A stretch of 64,000 nt of DNA from Nitrosopumilus sp. (lineage in GTDB: Archaea; Thermoproteota; Nitrososphaeria; Nitrososphaerales; Nitrosopumilaceae): contig OZ242186.1 in the NCBI GenBank assembly GCA_965205675.1, positions 512,001 to 576,000 on the forward strand, read 5' to 3'. A program made the translations under genes and the position numbers. Numbering within the stretch: the first letter of the stretch is position 1; each line of letters starts with the position of its first letter. The notes below the pieces were generated by a model that was not told the origin of the DNA, did not search any database, and was given only the letters and a program-made list of their open reading frames with translations. Shown one piece after another: positions 1 through 10,618 of the stretch.

Positions 1-1509
1 GACACGACAGGTTACGATGACACACATATAGAAATTCTACAACGAGATTTAGAAAAATATCAAAAAGAAAATACAGAAACAAAACCAAAAAAAAATACTT
101 TAGAGTTAAAACAACAAAAATTAAAAATTGAAGTAGATGATCTCAGAAAAAAAATCGAAACAGACATGCCAAAAATTGATAAAATCAATCAATTAGAATT
201 AAGAAAAAAAGAGCTGTCAGAATATACAAAAGCAACAATTCATGAAATTCAGCATGAAATAAATGAAAATGAGCGTAAAATTCACGATTGCGAAGGATGT
301 TTTGAACATGCATCTTTAAAACCAGATTTAGAATCTAAAATTCAAAAAGTAGAGAAAGCTGTAGCGGATTCAAATACGAAAATTCAAAGTATGATAAATC
401 AAACTACATCATTGAAAGAAAAATTATTAATTGCATCAAAACTACAATTAAAAGAAAATAAATGTCCTTTATGTGATTCTGACGTAGAAAAATTAAATTT
501 ATTATTTCAAGAAGAACATCTTCATCAAGAAATCTCAGAACTTCAAAATCAAATCAAAGAAAAAGAAAAAGAATTAGACATATACAATCAAAAAAAGAAA
601 GAGTTTTTGATAAAATTACAAAAAGCAAGAGATGCAGAAGCCACATTAAGAGCTTATTCAATTAATAATAAAGAAGAACTAAAAAAAATTCAAGAAGACA
701 CAGAAACAAAAAAACAAAAAAACCCTCTGACCATCAATGAGAATTTAATGGAAATGGCACCAATAGACACACATGCAAAAATGATCTTTGAGAATATTAT
801 AACACTAGAAAATGAAATAAAAGGATTTGAAGAACAAGAGTTCAATAAACTTAAGATGTTAGTAAATGAAAAACAAATGAATCTATCTCAAATTGATCAA
901 CAAATAGGTGCAATTTCAGAAACAATTCTCAAAGGTGAAGAACAAATTAATAAAATTGAGAAAGCGATAACGGAATTAAAAACTGTAAAGGAATATGTTG
1001 CAAACCTAAATGAAATTCAAATGAATGTTTTTAGCAGAGATGGACCAGTAGCTACAAGTTTAAGATCTTGGGCATTAAATTCAATTTCTACAAAAGCATC
1101 AGAATATCTCACATCACTTAATACAAAAATCCAAAGAATTTTGTTATCAGAAAAAACAAGGGATATCTCAATAGCATGTTATTCTAAAAATGAAGTTTTA
1201 GAATTAGAATCACTAAGCGGTGGAGAAAAAGTAAGTGTAGCATTATCATTACGATTAGGTATGGCAAGTCTTCTGGGGATATCAAATCTTAACTTGATGA
1301 TTTTAGATGAACCCACAACACATCTTGATGCAGAAAGAAGAAAATCACTAGTAAACGTATTATCACAATTGTCCGATATTTCCAAGTCCGAAACAAAAAT
1401 GCAATTCTTGATTATTACTCATGATGCAGAAATTTTTGAAGATTCAACGGTTGAACAGATTTACAAATTTGAATCATCCGAACAAGGAAGTAAAGTTACA
1501 GTACTTTAA
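1..1509 (+). CDS. rad50: Rad50/SbcC-type SMC ATPase, C-terminal part (5' end outside window)
   Basis: Frame is open from position 1. Coiled coil with CPLC zinc hook, LSGGE signature, Walker B MILDEP and IITHD H-loop. Confidence 0.9.
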   Translation, partial: DTTGYDDTHIEILQRDLEKYQKENTETKPKKNTLELKQQKLKIEVDDLRKKIETDMPKIDKINQLELRKKELSEYTKATIHEIQHEINENERKIHDCEGCFEHASLKPDLESKIQKVEKAVADSNTKIQSMINQTTSLKEKLLIASKLQLKENKCPLCDSDVEKLNLLFQEEHLHQEISELQNQIKEKEKELDIYNQKKKEFLIKLQKARDAEATLRAYSINNKEELKKIQEDTETKKQKNPLTINENLMEMAPIDTHAKMIFENIITLENEIKGFEEQEFNKLKMLVNEKQMNLSQIDQQIGAISETILKGEEQINKIEKAITELKTVKEYVANLNEIQMNVFSRDGPVATSLRSWALNSISTKASEYLTSLNTKIQRILLSEKTRDISIACYSKNEVLELESLSGGEKVSVALSLRLGMASLLGISNLNLMILDEPTTHLDAERRKSLVNVLSQLSDISKSETKMQFLIITHDAEIFEDSTVEQIYKFESSEQGSKVTVL

Positions 1510-2075
1510 TTCACATTAACGAGACCAGTCATCCAAGGATGAACTTGGCAGAAATATTCAAAGGTTCCTACGTCAGTAAATGTAAATTCAAAAGTAGATC
1601 CTGCCATAAATAAACCCGAATCAAGTATTCCAGTTACATCGGCATTAAAGTTACTGCTTGTAACAGTATGTGCTGCTGAATCATCATTACTCCAAATAAC
1701 AGAGGTATCCACATCTACAGTAATTTCATAAGGTAAATAACATTCGTCAGTATCTTCACAGCCTGGAACTGCAACTCCTAGAGGAATTAAAACAATGGAA
1801 GTCGTTTGTGTTGGTTGAGGTTGTACAATTAGACATTCGCCAGAATAATCTAGTTCAATACCTGCAGCATCAAGACCACATTGATTCCCATAAGTTTTAC
1901 CATCAACCCCACAAACAGGATGCCATTGCATAGTACATGCAACAGTTTTTTCTTCAACAGTGATTATTCTTGGTTCAATAATCTCATTTGGCTCCATAGA
2001 TATGAAACCAATTGAAATTGCTGCAAGAACTCCAACTATGCCAATAATGCCATAAGAAAAATTCATCTCATCCAC
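1506..2075 (-). CDS. Membrane-anchored Kazal-type domain + plastocyanin/cupredoxin blue copper protein
   Basis: N-terminal TM; Kazal motif CTMQWHPVCGVDGKTYGNQC...GEC; type-1 Cu ligands AHTV...YFCQVHPWM. Confidence 0.85.
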   Translation of the reverse strand: MDEMNFSYGIIGIVGVLAAISIGFISMEPNEIIEPRIITVEEKTVACTMQWHPVCGVDGKTYGNQCGLDAAGIELDYSGECLIVQPQPTQTTSIVLIPLGVAVPGCEDTDECYLPYEITVDVDTSVIWSNDDSAAHTVTSSNFNADVTGILDSGLFMAGSTFEFTFTDVGTFEYFCQVHPWMTGLVNVN

Positions 2076-2556
2076 CTGTTAACTTTGCAAACTTTTCATT
2101 CTTACTTAACTTTTCCATAAATTCAATGTTAGATAATGCAACAACAGCCGATTCAACGACTGATTTTTCAGAATCATTTAGTGCTTTCTGGAGAGATTCT
2201 TTTGCTTCTTTAGAGCCGACTACACCCAAAGCTATTGCAGCTTCATGACGTACAAACATACTAGAATCATTAAGAGTGGCATCAGTTAAAGGAGGAATGG
2301 CACTAGAATAAGACATTTGGCCTAACGCAAAAGCAGCTTCATGACGTACCAATTCATTTTCATCATTTTTTAGAATTTTAGCAATATGAGGAACTTTATC
2401 CTCTCCTCCAAAATCAACTAAAATACATGCAACTCTTGTCCGTACTACATAATCAGGATGATCTAAAAGAGAAATAAAATATTCAGCATCTTTATGTTCG
2501 TATTTAGATTCCATTTCTACAAAAAGTGCTAATCTATCTTCAGTAATTACCTGCAT
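2068..2556 (-). CDS. HEAT-repeat (PBS lyase / DOHH-like) protein
   Basis: Repeated VRHEAAxALG motifs. Confidence 0.85.
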   Translation of the reverse strand: MQVITEDRLALFVEMESKYEHKDAEYFISLLDHPDYVVRTRVACILVDFGGEDKVPHIAKILKNDENELVRHEAAFALGQMSYSSAIPPLTDATLNDSSMFVRHEAAIALGVVGSKEAKESLQKALNDSEKSVVESAVVALSNIEFMEKLSKNEKFAKLTGG

Positions 2557-3018
2557 TTTGTTTTAAAATTTTGTGTCCTATATTAGGTTACTTGAGGAAA
2601 AATCAATAATTAGTTGAGATATGTACTTTGAGTAAAATTTGACATTAGGCAGTTCCAGAAAAACAATTCTAGATGATGAATTTCTGGTTTGAATTAGGGT
2701 ATAAATAACAAAAATGCTTGAATTGCGACAATCATAAACAAACACAAAAAACACCTAATGTGAATAATCGTTTACGTTCAAATTCTTTTTTAGGCATCTT
2801 CATGATTCTAAAGGATACTTGAACAATGTATAGATTTTAAAAGAACACTTAAAATCATTGTATTTGTATTCGTTATTTATGACACATCCTTGATTTTGAT
2901 TAAAAACACTGTAAATTCTACTTGTTACGAGACTAGAATATGTCTTGACTCTCTCCTGACACCTTTTTTCTAATTCTAAATTTTATATGAACACTTGTTT
3001 CTCTAATTACTGAACCCT

Positions 3019-4065
3019 TTGGAAATTTCTGAAATTACCCCCTCTGAATGGCTGTCTCTTAATCAGTTTCTATATGAGATCAAAAAGATCAATTCTCGTT
3101 GTGTTTCTGTGTATTATTCGTATGGCAAAGGAAATGAGACTATTTCTTTGCTAAACGAAAGTAAACGAAATGAAACGATTAAAAAAATCGAATCAAAAAT
3201 TCAAAAGCGAATTTTAGAATTAAAAAATAATCCTTCATCTGCTGGTAAATTTATTAAAACTCTTTGTATTTTTGGTTGGATGAATAATGGCAAAATAATG
3301 ATTAAAGAAATCGGAACTTCAAAAAAACTTCCTTACATCTACATGTTAAGTAAAAAACCATATGTCAAACCCTTTAGTGATATTCTAAAAATTCATCGTA
3401 ATGTATTATTGATTACACTTGATCAAAAAACTGCCCGAATACAAAAATTCCATGGAAGTCAAATATTACAAGAAGCCAAGCTTAGAATCAATTTACAAGG
3501 TAGACATAGAAAAGGAGGGCAAAGCCAAGGGAGATTTTTACGAGCAAGACAAACAAAAATTCATGTTTTCTTTAAGAAAATAGCAAATAAAACAAAAATA
3601 ATGGATTCTGGTTCTGAATTAATTTTATTGGGTGGAATTGGTCCTGCAAAAACAGAATTCTATGATGAGCTCGATTCAGAATTGATGATAAAATGTCGGT
3701 TTGTAGAAAATCTATCTTTTTCTACTTCAATTAAAGACATTCATGAGAAAATCATTCATCATTTGTATCAACATCGACGTAAACTAGTAGCAGAACTATT
3801 TGAAAAATATGAAAAATTATACAAAGATGGCTTGACTGCTAAAAAAAACAGTGTAATTTACAAAGCATTAGAAATTGGTGCAGTAGATACCTTAATCGTA
3901 TCTGGAAGTTATCATACTAATTCTCAATTTAAAAATATCATAAAGATGCTTGAAATTGCAAAAAATACTTCTGCCACAATCGAGTTTGCATCTTCTCCAA
4001 ATATAATTAAAAAACTAGATATTCATAATTCTGTCTTGGCTATTCTTAGATACAAGATAAGATAA
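3019..4065 (+). CDS. aRF1/eRF1-superfamily paralogue with GGQ motif
   Basis: GRHRKGGQSQGRF loop, ILLGGIG domain 2, ALEIGAVDTLIV...AILRY domain 3; no NIKS motif seen. Confidence 0.75.
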   Translation: MEISEITPSEWLSLNQFLYEIKKINSRCVSVYYSYGKGNETISLLNESKRNETIKKIESKIQKRILELKNNPSSAGKFIKTLCIFGWMNNGKIMIKEIGTSKKLPYIYMLSKKPYVKPFSDILKIHRNVLLITLDQKTARIQKFHGSQILQEAKLRINLQGRHRKGGQSQGRFLRARQTKIHVFFKKIANKTKIMDSGSELILLGGIGPAKTEFYDELDSELMIKCRFVENLSFSTSIKDIHEKIIHHLYQHRRKLVAELFEKYEKLYKDGLTAKKNSVIYKALEIGAVDTLIVSGSYHTNSQFKNIIKMLEIAKNTSATIEFASSPNIIKKLDIHNSVLAILRYKIR

Positions 4066-4087
4066 TTCTCTTTTATTTTTGTATGTC

Positions 4088-5395
4088 TTATTGTATTTTT
4101 TCTATGATCTCGCTAAATTTCCAAGGGCCGCATTTTATATCCTGCTTCTCGTTGAGTAATAATCCTTTTTCATTTAGTTGATTTACTATATGTGCAGAAA
4201 ATGATAATGCTCCTGTAGCTCCTGGTGAATTATAATTTAAAATATGAAATGATGTTTCATCTTCTATTTGGATTACATCTGGTACAAATTTTCCATTCTC
4301 ATCAATTATTGATGATCTTATTCCTGCTGTACCTTTTTCAGTAATTTTATCTGGATTTATTTTTGGAAGAAATTTTTTTACTCTATTTACCATTGCTGTT
4401 TTTGACATGGATGATTGTATTTCGTTAATTGCAAGTTCTTGGAATTGTTTGTCAAAAATTACTTTTCTTGCACCTGAACCTAACATTTCTAGCATTTTTG
4501 GAATAAATTCTTTGAGGTTTTCTGTTATGTCGTATCCATATGGACTAAACACTGGAATCGCATTTGGTCCAATCTCACAACTTCCATCTACTCTTAAAAT
4601 CCAATGTGGATCTAAAAATGGGTATTCGGGAAATTCAGGAACTGAATATACGCTTGATTTTACCAAGTTGTTATATTCTTTTGGTGACTTCCAGTATTCC
4701 CCTCTAAAATGGACGTCTGTGAATTTTTTTGCTATTCCAATACCATGTGCAAGATCCACAGCTTCCCCTCCAGCTGCATTGATGAAAAATTTTGCATGAA
4801 TTTGTTCTTTTTCATTTAGTGTAATTATCCACAATTCTTTCTCTTTTTTTATTTTTGTAACTCTTGTATCTAATAGAACTGTTGTACCATTTACTTTACT
4901 GTCATCTATTATTGAATTTGTGAATAATGAATAATTCGCAGATGCGTCTTTGTAAACGTATAACGCTGATTCACATTTTATTTCTGGTTCTATTTTTTTT
5001 AATTCTTCTTTATTCATCAATTCAATATCTTTGTCTTCCAATCCATTTTGCTTTCCCCATCTAAGATATTTTTCAAGAGTTTTAATTTCTTTTTCATCTA
5101 AAGCAATTTCTATTACACCATCTTTCTTGAATGGAAGTTTTTTTAATTCTGCATATGTTTTCCACATTTCATAACCCTGAAATGCTGATTTTGCAAATAG
5201 CTTTTTCTTTTCTGGGTTGTATAGATATGGTGCGTGAATTTTCCCGGTATTTCTTCCGCTTGTATGAAAAGCAACATTATGAGCTTGTTCTATGACTGCT
5301 ATTTTTTTTGATTTATTTAGAAATGATAAAAAATATGATATCGAAGCTCCAAGAATGCCTCCTCCAATAATTACAACATCAAAATTGCGTACCAA
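4088..5395 (-). CDS. FAD-dependent oxidoreductase, L-2-hydroxyglutarate oxidase (LhgO)-like
   Basis: GGGILG Rossmann motif, HTSGRNTGKIH, FRGEY, PFLDPH, SPGATGALS. Confidence 0.8.
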   Translation of the reverse strand: MVRNFDVVIIGGGILGASISYFLSFLNKSKKIAVIEQAHNVAFHTSGRNTGKIHAPYLYNPEKKKLFAKSAFQGYEMWKTYAELKKLPFKKDGVIEIALDEKEIKTLEKYLRWGKQNGLEDKDIELMNKEELKKIEPEIKCESALYVYKDASANYSLFTNSIIDDSKVNGTTVLLDTRVTKIKKEKELWIITLNEKEQIHAKFFINAAGGEAVDLAHGIGIAKKFTDVHFRGEYWKSPKEYNNLVKSSVYSVPEFPEYPFLDPHWILRVDGSCEIGPNAIPVFSPYGYDITENLKEFIPKMLEMLGSGARKVIFDKQFQELAINEIQSSMSKTAMVNRVKKFLPKINPDKITEKGTAGIRSSIIDENGKFVPDVIQIEDETSFHILNYNSPGATGALSFSAHIVNQLNEKGLLLNEKQDIKCGPWKFSEIIEKIQ

Positions 5396-5471
5396 TAACT
5401 TTCAATTTTAATTTGGTTTAGTTGATAATAAATTAAATCTGTGAGAATTAAGGTTAATATCAGATAAAACT

Positions 5472-5765
5472 TTGAATCTGATTGTGTTACCTGATAAATG
5501 CTCTGTCATGGAAGAAGGAAATCAATGTGTAAATCCACCTCAATTTATCGTATCCATTACTGCAGGAAATGATGAATACATGGTAGGGGTAACATGTCAA
5601 AAACATAAACAAATTGTTTCTGGAAAAATAGGCATGTTGCAGCGTGAAGGTAAAATGCATGATGGAAAAATTAGTTTTTCACCTGTAAAGGCAGTTGGAA
5701 CTGATTGTGTACATGGTGATATTGATGATTTTGTTCAAATTGACATGAATCGTTCAGAAAATTGA
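5472..5765 (+). CDS. Hypothetical Cys-containing protein
   Basis: ORF with protein-like composition, in tandem with the next gene; start uncertain. Confidence 0.6.
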   Translation: MNLIVLPDKCSVMEEGNQCVNPPQFIVSITAGNDEYMVGVTCQKHKQIVSGKIGMLQREGKMHDGKISFSPVKAVGTDCVHGDIDDFVQIDMNRSEN

Positions 5766-5788
5766 AATAATCTTGTTTTGAAGATGTC

Positions 5789-6166
5789 TTGTTGCTCTTT
5801 GAATTGCTATCTGATTTAATAAAAATTGATGATGTCTTATTAATTATCAAAAATAGCGGCGCAATCAGTGAGATTAGAAATAATTCTCTTAGTATTCGCC
5901 AAAAAGACAAATGGATTACAATTGGTGATAATGATAGCCCCGCACATATGCATATTAATTCAGAGTTGATAAAATCTGCAGAATTTATTCAAGAGGGAAA
6001 ACCTGAAAAAACTAGTTTTAGTGTTAGATTTTTTGATGAAAATGATGAACGTATTCTTGCAGTATTTTTTACAAAAATGTATGATGATTCTAAACAATTG
6101 TCTGTTAAGCGAAAAAATGTTTATGATCAATTAAATCAAAAGTTTTCTTCTCACATTAAATTTTAA
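5789..6166 (+). CDS. ChuX/HutX-family heme utilisation carrier protein
   Basis: GAISEIR, AHMHIN and SFSVRFFDENDERILAVF resemble ChuX/HutX. Confidence 0.65.
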   Translation: MLLFELLSDLIKIDDVLLIIKNSGAISEIRNNSLSIRQKDKWITIGDNDSPAHMHINSELIKSAEFIQEGKPEKTSFSVRFFDENDERILAVFFTKMYDDSKQLSVKRKNVYDQLNQKFSSHIKF

Positions 6167-6361
6167 AAAAACCTTGTCTGAAAAAGACAAGGAGAAAAAA
6201 TACTATTCTTCGGATTCTTTCTTCTTCTTTTCTTTTTCAGACTGTACTTTAGCTAATTCTAATTCTTCATTTGTATGTTTGAATTTTTTCAATCTGTTTT
6301 TAGATTGTGTTTTAGATATAAAAACTGCACATTTGATGAGATCTCAATTCATGCGTGAAAA

Positions 6362-7330
6362 CTAGTATCCTACTGAATAAATTGGTTTTTTTCCATTAAT
6401 CCCTAAATTTAAATTCTTTACAGTTATTTTTGTCATTTTGATTCTTGTCTCTTTTGTAGAACTGCCTATGTGTGGTGCAAGAACAATATTTGATAATTTT
6501 ACTAGTGAATGATTTTTTTTAATTGGTTCTTCACTAAATACATCTAAACCTGCTCCTGCGATGATTTTTTTCTTGAGTGCATAGACTAATTCTTTTTCAT
6601 TGATTACTTTTCCTCTTGAGGTATTAATCAAAAATGATGTTTTTTTCATTTTTTTAAAAATTTTCATATTGAATAATTTGTTTGTTTCTTTTGTATGTGG
6701 CACGTGTATTGAAATAAAATCGCTTTCTTTGATTAATTCTTCAAATGAGACATATTTTGCATTTAGCAATTTTTCTTTAGATTTTGAAACTTGTTTTCTG
6801 TTATGGTATATTATTTTCATATCAAATGCTTTTGCTCTCTTGGCAAGTGTGCTGCCAATTCTACCTAAACCCAAAATTCCAATTGTTTTTTCTTGAAGAT
6901 CTACTCCGACATAGTCAAATGCTCCGTAGATTTCTTTCCAATCTCCTTTGCGAATAATTCTATCTCCTTCAGTAGCTCTTCTTGAAATATCAAGTAACAA
7001 TAAAAATGCCATGTCTGCTGTTGCATCTGTTAATACCTCTGGCGTGTATCCTACTCGGATTTTCTTTTCCTTGGCATATTCTGTATCTATATGATCAAAA
7101 CCTACACTATATGTGCTAATGACTTTTAGTTTTTGACTTTTGTTGATTGTATCTTTATCAATGATATCATATGGAAAACAAATCAACCCATCAATTTCTT
7201 TAATCTTTGATCGCAATTTTGTTTGTGAAATCGGAATTCTTCCAGAATGAATTTCAATTTGATATTTTTTTCTTAATTCTTTTAATGCAAAGTCATGTAA
7301 AGTTCTTGTAAGAAAAATTTTCTTTTTCAT
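6362..7330 (-). CDS. gyaR: D-2-hydroxyacid dehydrogenase (glyoxylate reductase family)
   Basis: SVGFDHID, TPEVLT, GLGRIG, INTSRG, GLDVFSEEP, APHIGS. Confidence 0.85.
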   Translation of the reverse strand: MKKKIFLTRTLHDFALKELRKKYQIEIHSGRIPISQTKLRSKIKEIDGLICFPYDIIDKDTINKSQKLKVISTYSVGFDHIDTEYAKEKKIRVGYTPEVLTDATADMAFLLLLDISRRATEGDRIIRKGDWKEIYGAFDYVGVDLQEKTIGILGLGRIGSTLAKRAKAFDMKIIYHNRKQVSKSKEKLLNAKYVSFEELIKESDFISIHVPHTKETNKLFNMKIFKKMKKTSFLINTSRGKVINEKELVYALKKKIIAGAGLDVFSEEPIKKNHSLVKLSNIVLAPHIGSSTKETRIKMTKITVKNLNLGINGKKPIYSVGY

Positions 7331-7383
7331 CAGTCTTGATACTCATCTCAAACCATTTATACGATTTCTTTGTAATCTTTTTA

Positions 7384-7527
7384 ATGTCTTCTAAAGTTGA
7401 AGAAGAAGAATTTGCTATTTGTATAGAATGTGGAAATTCGATTGAAAAATGTGTCTGTGTATGCCCTTATTGTGGAGAGCGTGATAAATGTGAATGTGCA
7501 TTGTTTGATGCAGCAACTGGGGGTTGA
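7384..7527 (+). CDS. Small Cys-rich (8 Cys) putative zinc-finger protein
   Basis: MSSKVEEEEFAICIECG...CVCVCPYCG...CEC; lies directly upstream of korA. Confidence 0.6.
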   Translation: MSSKVEEEEFAICIECGNSIEKCVCVCPYCGERDKCECALFDAATGG

Positions 7528-7576
7528 TCATATTGACTGTACATATCATTATAGTTCAAAATAGAGGAGATTTATT

Positions 7577-9487
7577 ATGAGCTCTGTTGATTTTACTTGG
7601 CTAATTGGAGGTCCTCAAGGAAGTGGTGTTGAATCTGGTGCAAATATTTTCTCCAAAGTATGCGCTGAAATGGGATATAGAATATTTGGTAAACGAGAAT
7701 TTTATTCTAACATCAAAGGAGAACACAGCTACTTTACAGTAAGAGTCTCTAGCCAAAAAATTCACTCAAATGTTAATGCTGTAAATCTTATGGCATCATT
7801 TGATGCTGAAACAATATTTCGTCATTATGATGAGATAGTATCTGATGGAGGAATAATCTATGATTCTGATTTAGAAGGAATTAAAACTGATTCTGTACAT
7901 ACACTTGATGCTCCTTTCAAAGAAAGATTGCACAAAGAACTTGAATTAAAAAATAAACCATTTACTGTTGCCGGTGTTTTAGAAATTGCAAAAGATAATG
8001 GTGTTAAACTTTTCCCTGTATCTTTCAAATCTATTCTTGAAACTCTTTCTGAAGAAACTAAAAACCCTCGTTTGAAAGGATTAGTTAGAATGTATAATGT
8101 AATCGGTGTCTCTTTATCTTTGGGACTAGTAAAAATGTCTCCTGATTCATTACAAAAAACTATTGAATCTATCTTTTCAAAAAAACCTGAAATTGCTAAA
8201 ATTAATCAACAAACAGCAAATTATTCATATAATTTTGCAACTGTAAAATTTGAAAATTTCATTCATACTTTACCTGGAACTGAAAAAGAATCTGAAACCC
8301 TTTTAGTTCAAGGTTTTCATGGTACTGCATTAGGAAAAATGGCATGTGGTTGTAGATTCCAACCTTATTATCCAATTACTCCCGCATCTGATGAATCTGT
8401 TTTTCTAGAATCAAATGAACTGTTGGAAATCATAGATGATAGGCCTGGGTCTACAGCTGTTATTCAAACAGAAGACGAAATTTGTGCCATGGGAATGACT
8501 ATTGGTGGTGCCTTAACTGGAACTCGTTCCTCTACTTGTACTTCAGGACCAGGATTTGCACTAATGACTGAAATGTTAGGTTGGGCCGGAATTAATGAAG
8601 TTCCTGTTGTAATTACTAATTATCAAAGAAGTGGACCCTCTACTGGTTTGCCCACTAGACATGGACAAGATGACTTACTCTTCTCCATTTATGCAGGCCA
8701 TGGAGATTTTCCAAAAATTGTTTATTCCTCTGGTGATGTTGAAGAAAGCTTCTATGATACTGGTAATTGTTTTAATTATGCTGAAATTTTCCAGGTTCCT
8801 GTAATTCATCTTATGGATAAATTCCAAGCTAGTTCTGTAATTACCTGTAAGAGATTTGATCCTCAGAAAATCTCAATTAATCGTGGTAAATTATTAGAAA
8901 AAATTGATGGAAATTATAGACGGTTTGAATTTACTGGTGATGGTATATCTCCTCGCTCTAGATTGGGAATTGATAATGGGATTTTTTGGAATACTGGTGA
9001 TGAATCTGATGAAACCGGACATATCACTGAGGATCCAGTTTTGCGTGTAAAAATGATGGATAAACGAATGTCTAGACTGGATTTAATCTTAAAAGATATC
9101 TCCGATGATCAACAAGTAAAATCTTTTGGTGTTGAAGAATATACTATTGTATCATGGGGTTCTGCAAAGGGGCCAATTCTTGATGCTTTAGAAATGTTAC
9201 AAAAAGAAGGAATTTCTATTGGATTTGTTCAATTAAAACTTCTTCATCCTTTCCCAACTGATTATGTAAATTTCTTGCTAAAAGATGCCAAGATGATTAT
9301 TGACATTGAAGCAAATCATTCAGGCCAACTAGGAAAATTGTTTAAACAAAATACTGGACGTGACATTGATTATTTCATATTAAAATATACAGGGCGAGCT
9401 ATGACTTGTACTGAAATCTATGATTCTCTTAAAAAAATTATTGAAAACAAAGCAAACAAACGGGAGGTTTTAATGCATGGCGCTTAA
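7577..9487 (+). CDS. korA: 2-oxoacid:ferredoxin oxidoreductase alpha subunit (gamma-alpha fusion)
   Basis: [35 protein letters not shown]. Confidence 0.93.
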   Translation: MSSVDFTWLIGGPQGSGVESGANIFSKVCAEMGYRIFGKREFYSNIKGEHSYFTVRVSSQKIHSNVNAVNLMASFDAETIFRHYDEIVSDGGIIYDSDLEGIKTDSVHTLDAPFKERLHKELELKNKPFTVAGVLEIAKDNGVKLFPVSFKSILETLSEETKNPRLKGLVRMYNVIGVSLSLGLVKMSPDSLQKTIESIFSKKPEIAKINQQTANYSYNFATVKFENFIHTLPGTEKESETLLVQGFHGTALGKMACGCRFQPYYPITPASDESVFLESNELLEIIDDRPGSTAVIQTEDEICAMGMTIGGALTGTRSSTCTSGPGFALMTEMLGWAGINEVPVVITNYQRSGPSTGLPTRHGQDDLLFSIYAGHGDFPKIVYSSGDVEESFYDTGNCFNYAEIFQVPVIHLMDKFQASSVITCKRFDPQKISINRGKLLEKIDGNYRRFEFTGDGISPRSRLGIDNGIFWNTGDESDETGHITEDPVLRVKMMDKRMSRLDLILKDISDDQQVKSFGVEEYTIVSWGSAKGPILDALEMLQKEGISIGFVQLKLLHPFPTDYVNFLLKDAKMIIDIEANHSGQLGKLFKQNTGRDIDYFILKYTGRAMTCTEIYDSLKKIIENKANKREVLMHGA

Positions 9488-10439
9488 AGTATCTGATTAC
9501 AAAACAGATGTTCACAATGATTGGTGTCCTGGTTGCGGTGATTTTGGAATTGTAAATGCTATTCAGATGGCTCTAGCTGAGATGGGAATAAAGCGAGATA
9601 AAGCCGCAATGTTTTCAGGCATTGGTTGTTCTGGCAAAACCTCTCATTATATCAACACTTATGGAGTTCACACTTTGCATGGCAGAGTCTTGACTTTTGC
9701 ACAAGGTGCAAAAATTGCAAATCCTGAGTTAACTGTAGTTGCTGTAGGTGGTGATGGTGATGGTTTGGGAATTGGAGCTGGTCATTTTGTTGCTGCTGGA
9801 AGAAGAAATGTGGATATGACTTACATTATTTTTGATAATGGTGTTTACGGTTTAACAAAAGGACAAGCATCTCCCACTTTGAAATTAGGAGAGAAAACAA
9901 AATCATTGCCTTCTCCTAACACAAATTCTAATGTTAACCCTATTGGGTTAGCTGTTGCAAGTGGATTCACATTTGTAGCTCGTGGGTATTCATATGATGT
10001 TAGACATCTTAAGGATTTGATTGTTCAAGCAGTAAATCACAAAGGTCTTTCATTTCTTGATGTGTTACAACCATGTCCAACTTACAATGATCTTAACACT
10101 AGGGATTGGTATGCTGGATCAGATTTAGTCGATGAGGCACAAAAACGACATGCTAGAATATACAAACTAGAAGACCATGGCTATGAACCAACAGTACATT
10201 ATGATTCTGAAGTTGAAGTAAATGAAAAACTATCTCAAGCTTTGATTAAATCCCTCGAGTGGGGAAATAAAATACCTACAGGCGTATTTTATAAAAATGA
10301 CCTTATCTCTCCTTATACTCAAAGAATAAAAGATAAAATTCCAAACTATTTAGAGAACTCGCCTGCCAAACAAAACATTTCAAAGAACGGACGTCCTAAT
10401 ACTGATATCTCAAAAATCTTAGATTCTTTAGAAGTATAG
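9477..10439 (+). CDS. korB: 2-oxoacid:ferredoxin oxidoreductase beta subunit
   Basis: [22 protein letters not shown]...[17 protein letters not shown]-binding motif. Confidence 0.93.
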   Translation: MALKVSDYKTDVHNDWCPGCGDFGIVNAIQMALAEMGIKRDKAAMFSGIGCSGKTSHYINTYGVHTLHGRVLTFAQGAKIANPELTVVAVGGDGDGLGIGAGHFVAAGRRNVDMTYIIFDNGVYGLTKGQASPTLKLGEKTKSLPSPNTNSNVNPIGLAVASGFTFVARGYSYDVRHLKDLIVQAVNHKGLSFLDVLQPCPTYNDLNTRDWYAGSDLVDEAQKRHARIYKLEDHGYEPTVHYDSEVEVNEKLSQALIKSLEWGNKIPTGVFYKNDLISPYTQRIKDKIPNYLENSPAKQNISKNGRPNTDISKILDSLEV

Positions 10440-10618
10440 TTTGTTGTATTGAACATTAAATAGTCTACATTTCTATGAATTCATATTCACGAATATGCCC
10501 ATCGTAGATAGTCTGGTTATCTGAAAAGGTAGAGATTAGGCGTAAAAGTCATAAATCTATCAAATAAAAAAAGCGAAACCATGAGATTAAATATCAGTTT
10601 GACATTTTTTTTTTAGGT

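Noticed and set aside
2590-2950. Long intergenic gap before the release-factor paralogue (likewise 18850-19170 and 28830-29130)
   Set aside because: Possibly decayed genes, but no recognisable motif or repeat could be supported.
4407-4799. Many short antisense or nested ORFs in the track (e.g. 4407-4799, 26667-27203, 45814-46107, 57350-57628)
   Set aside because: Shadow frames of well-supported genes, with no motifs of their own.
10482-10560. tRNA 5'-half-like sequence (AGAT-AGTCTGGTT-ATCT D-arm mimic) after korB
   Set aside because: No anticodon arm, T-arm or acceptor complement found; cannot be supported as an RNA gene.
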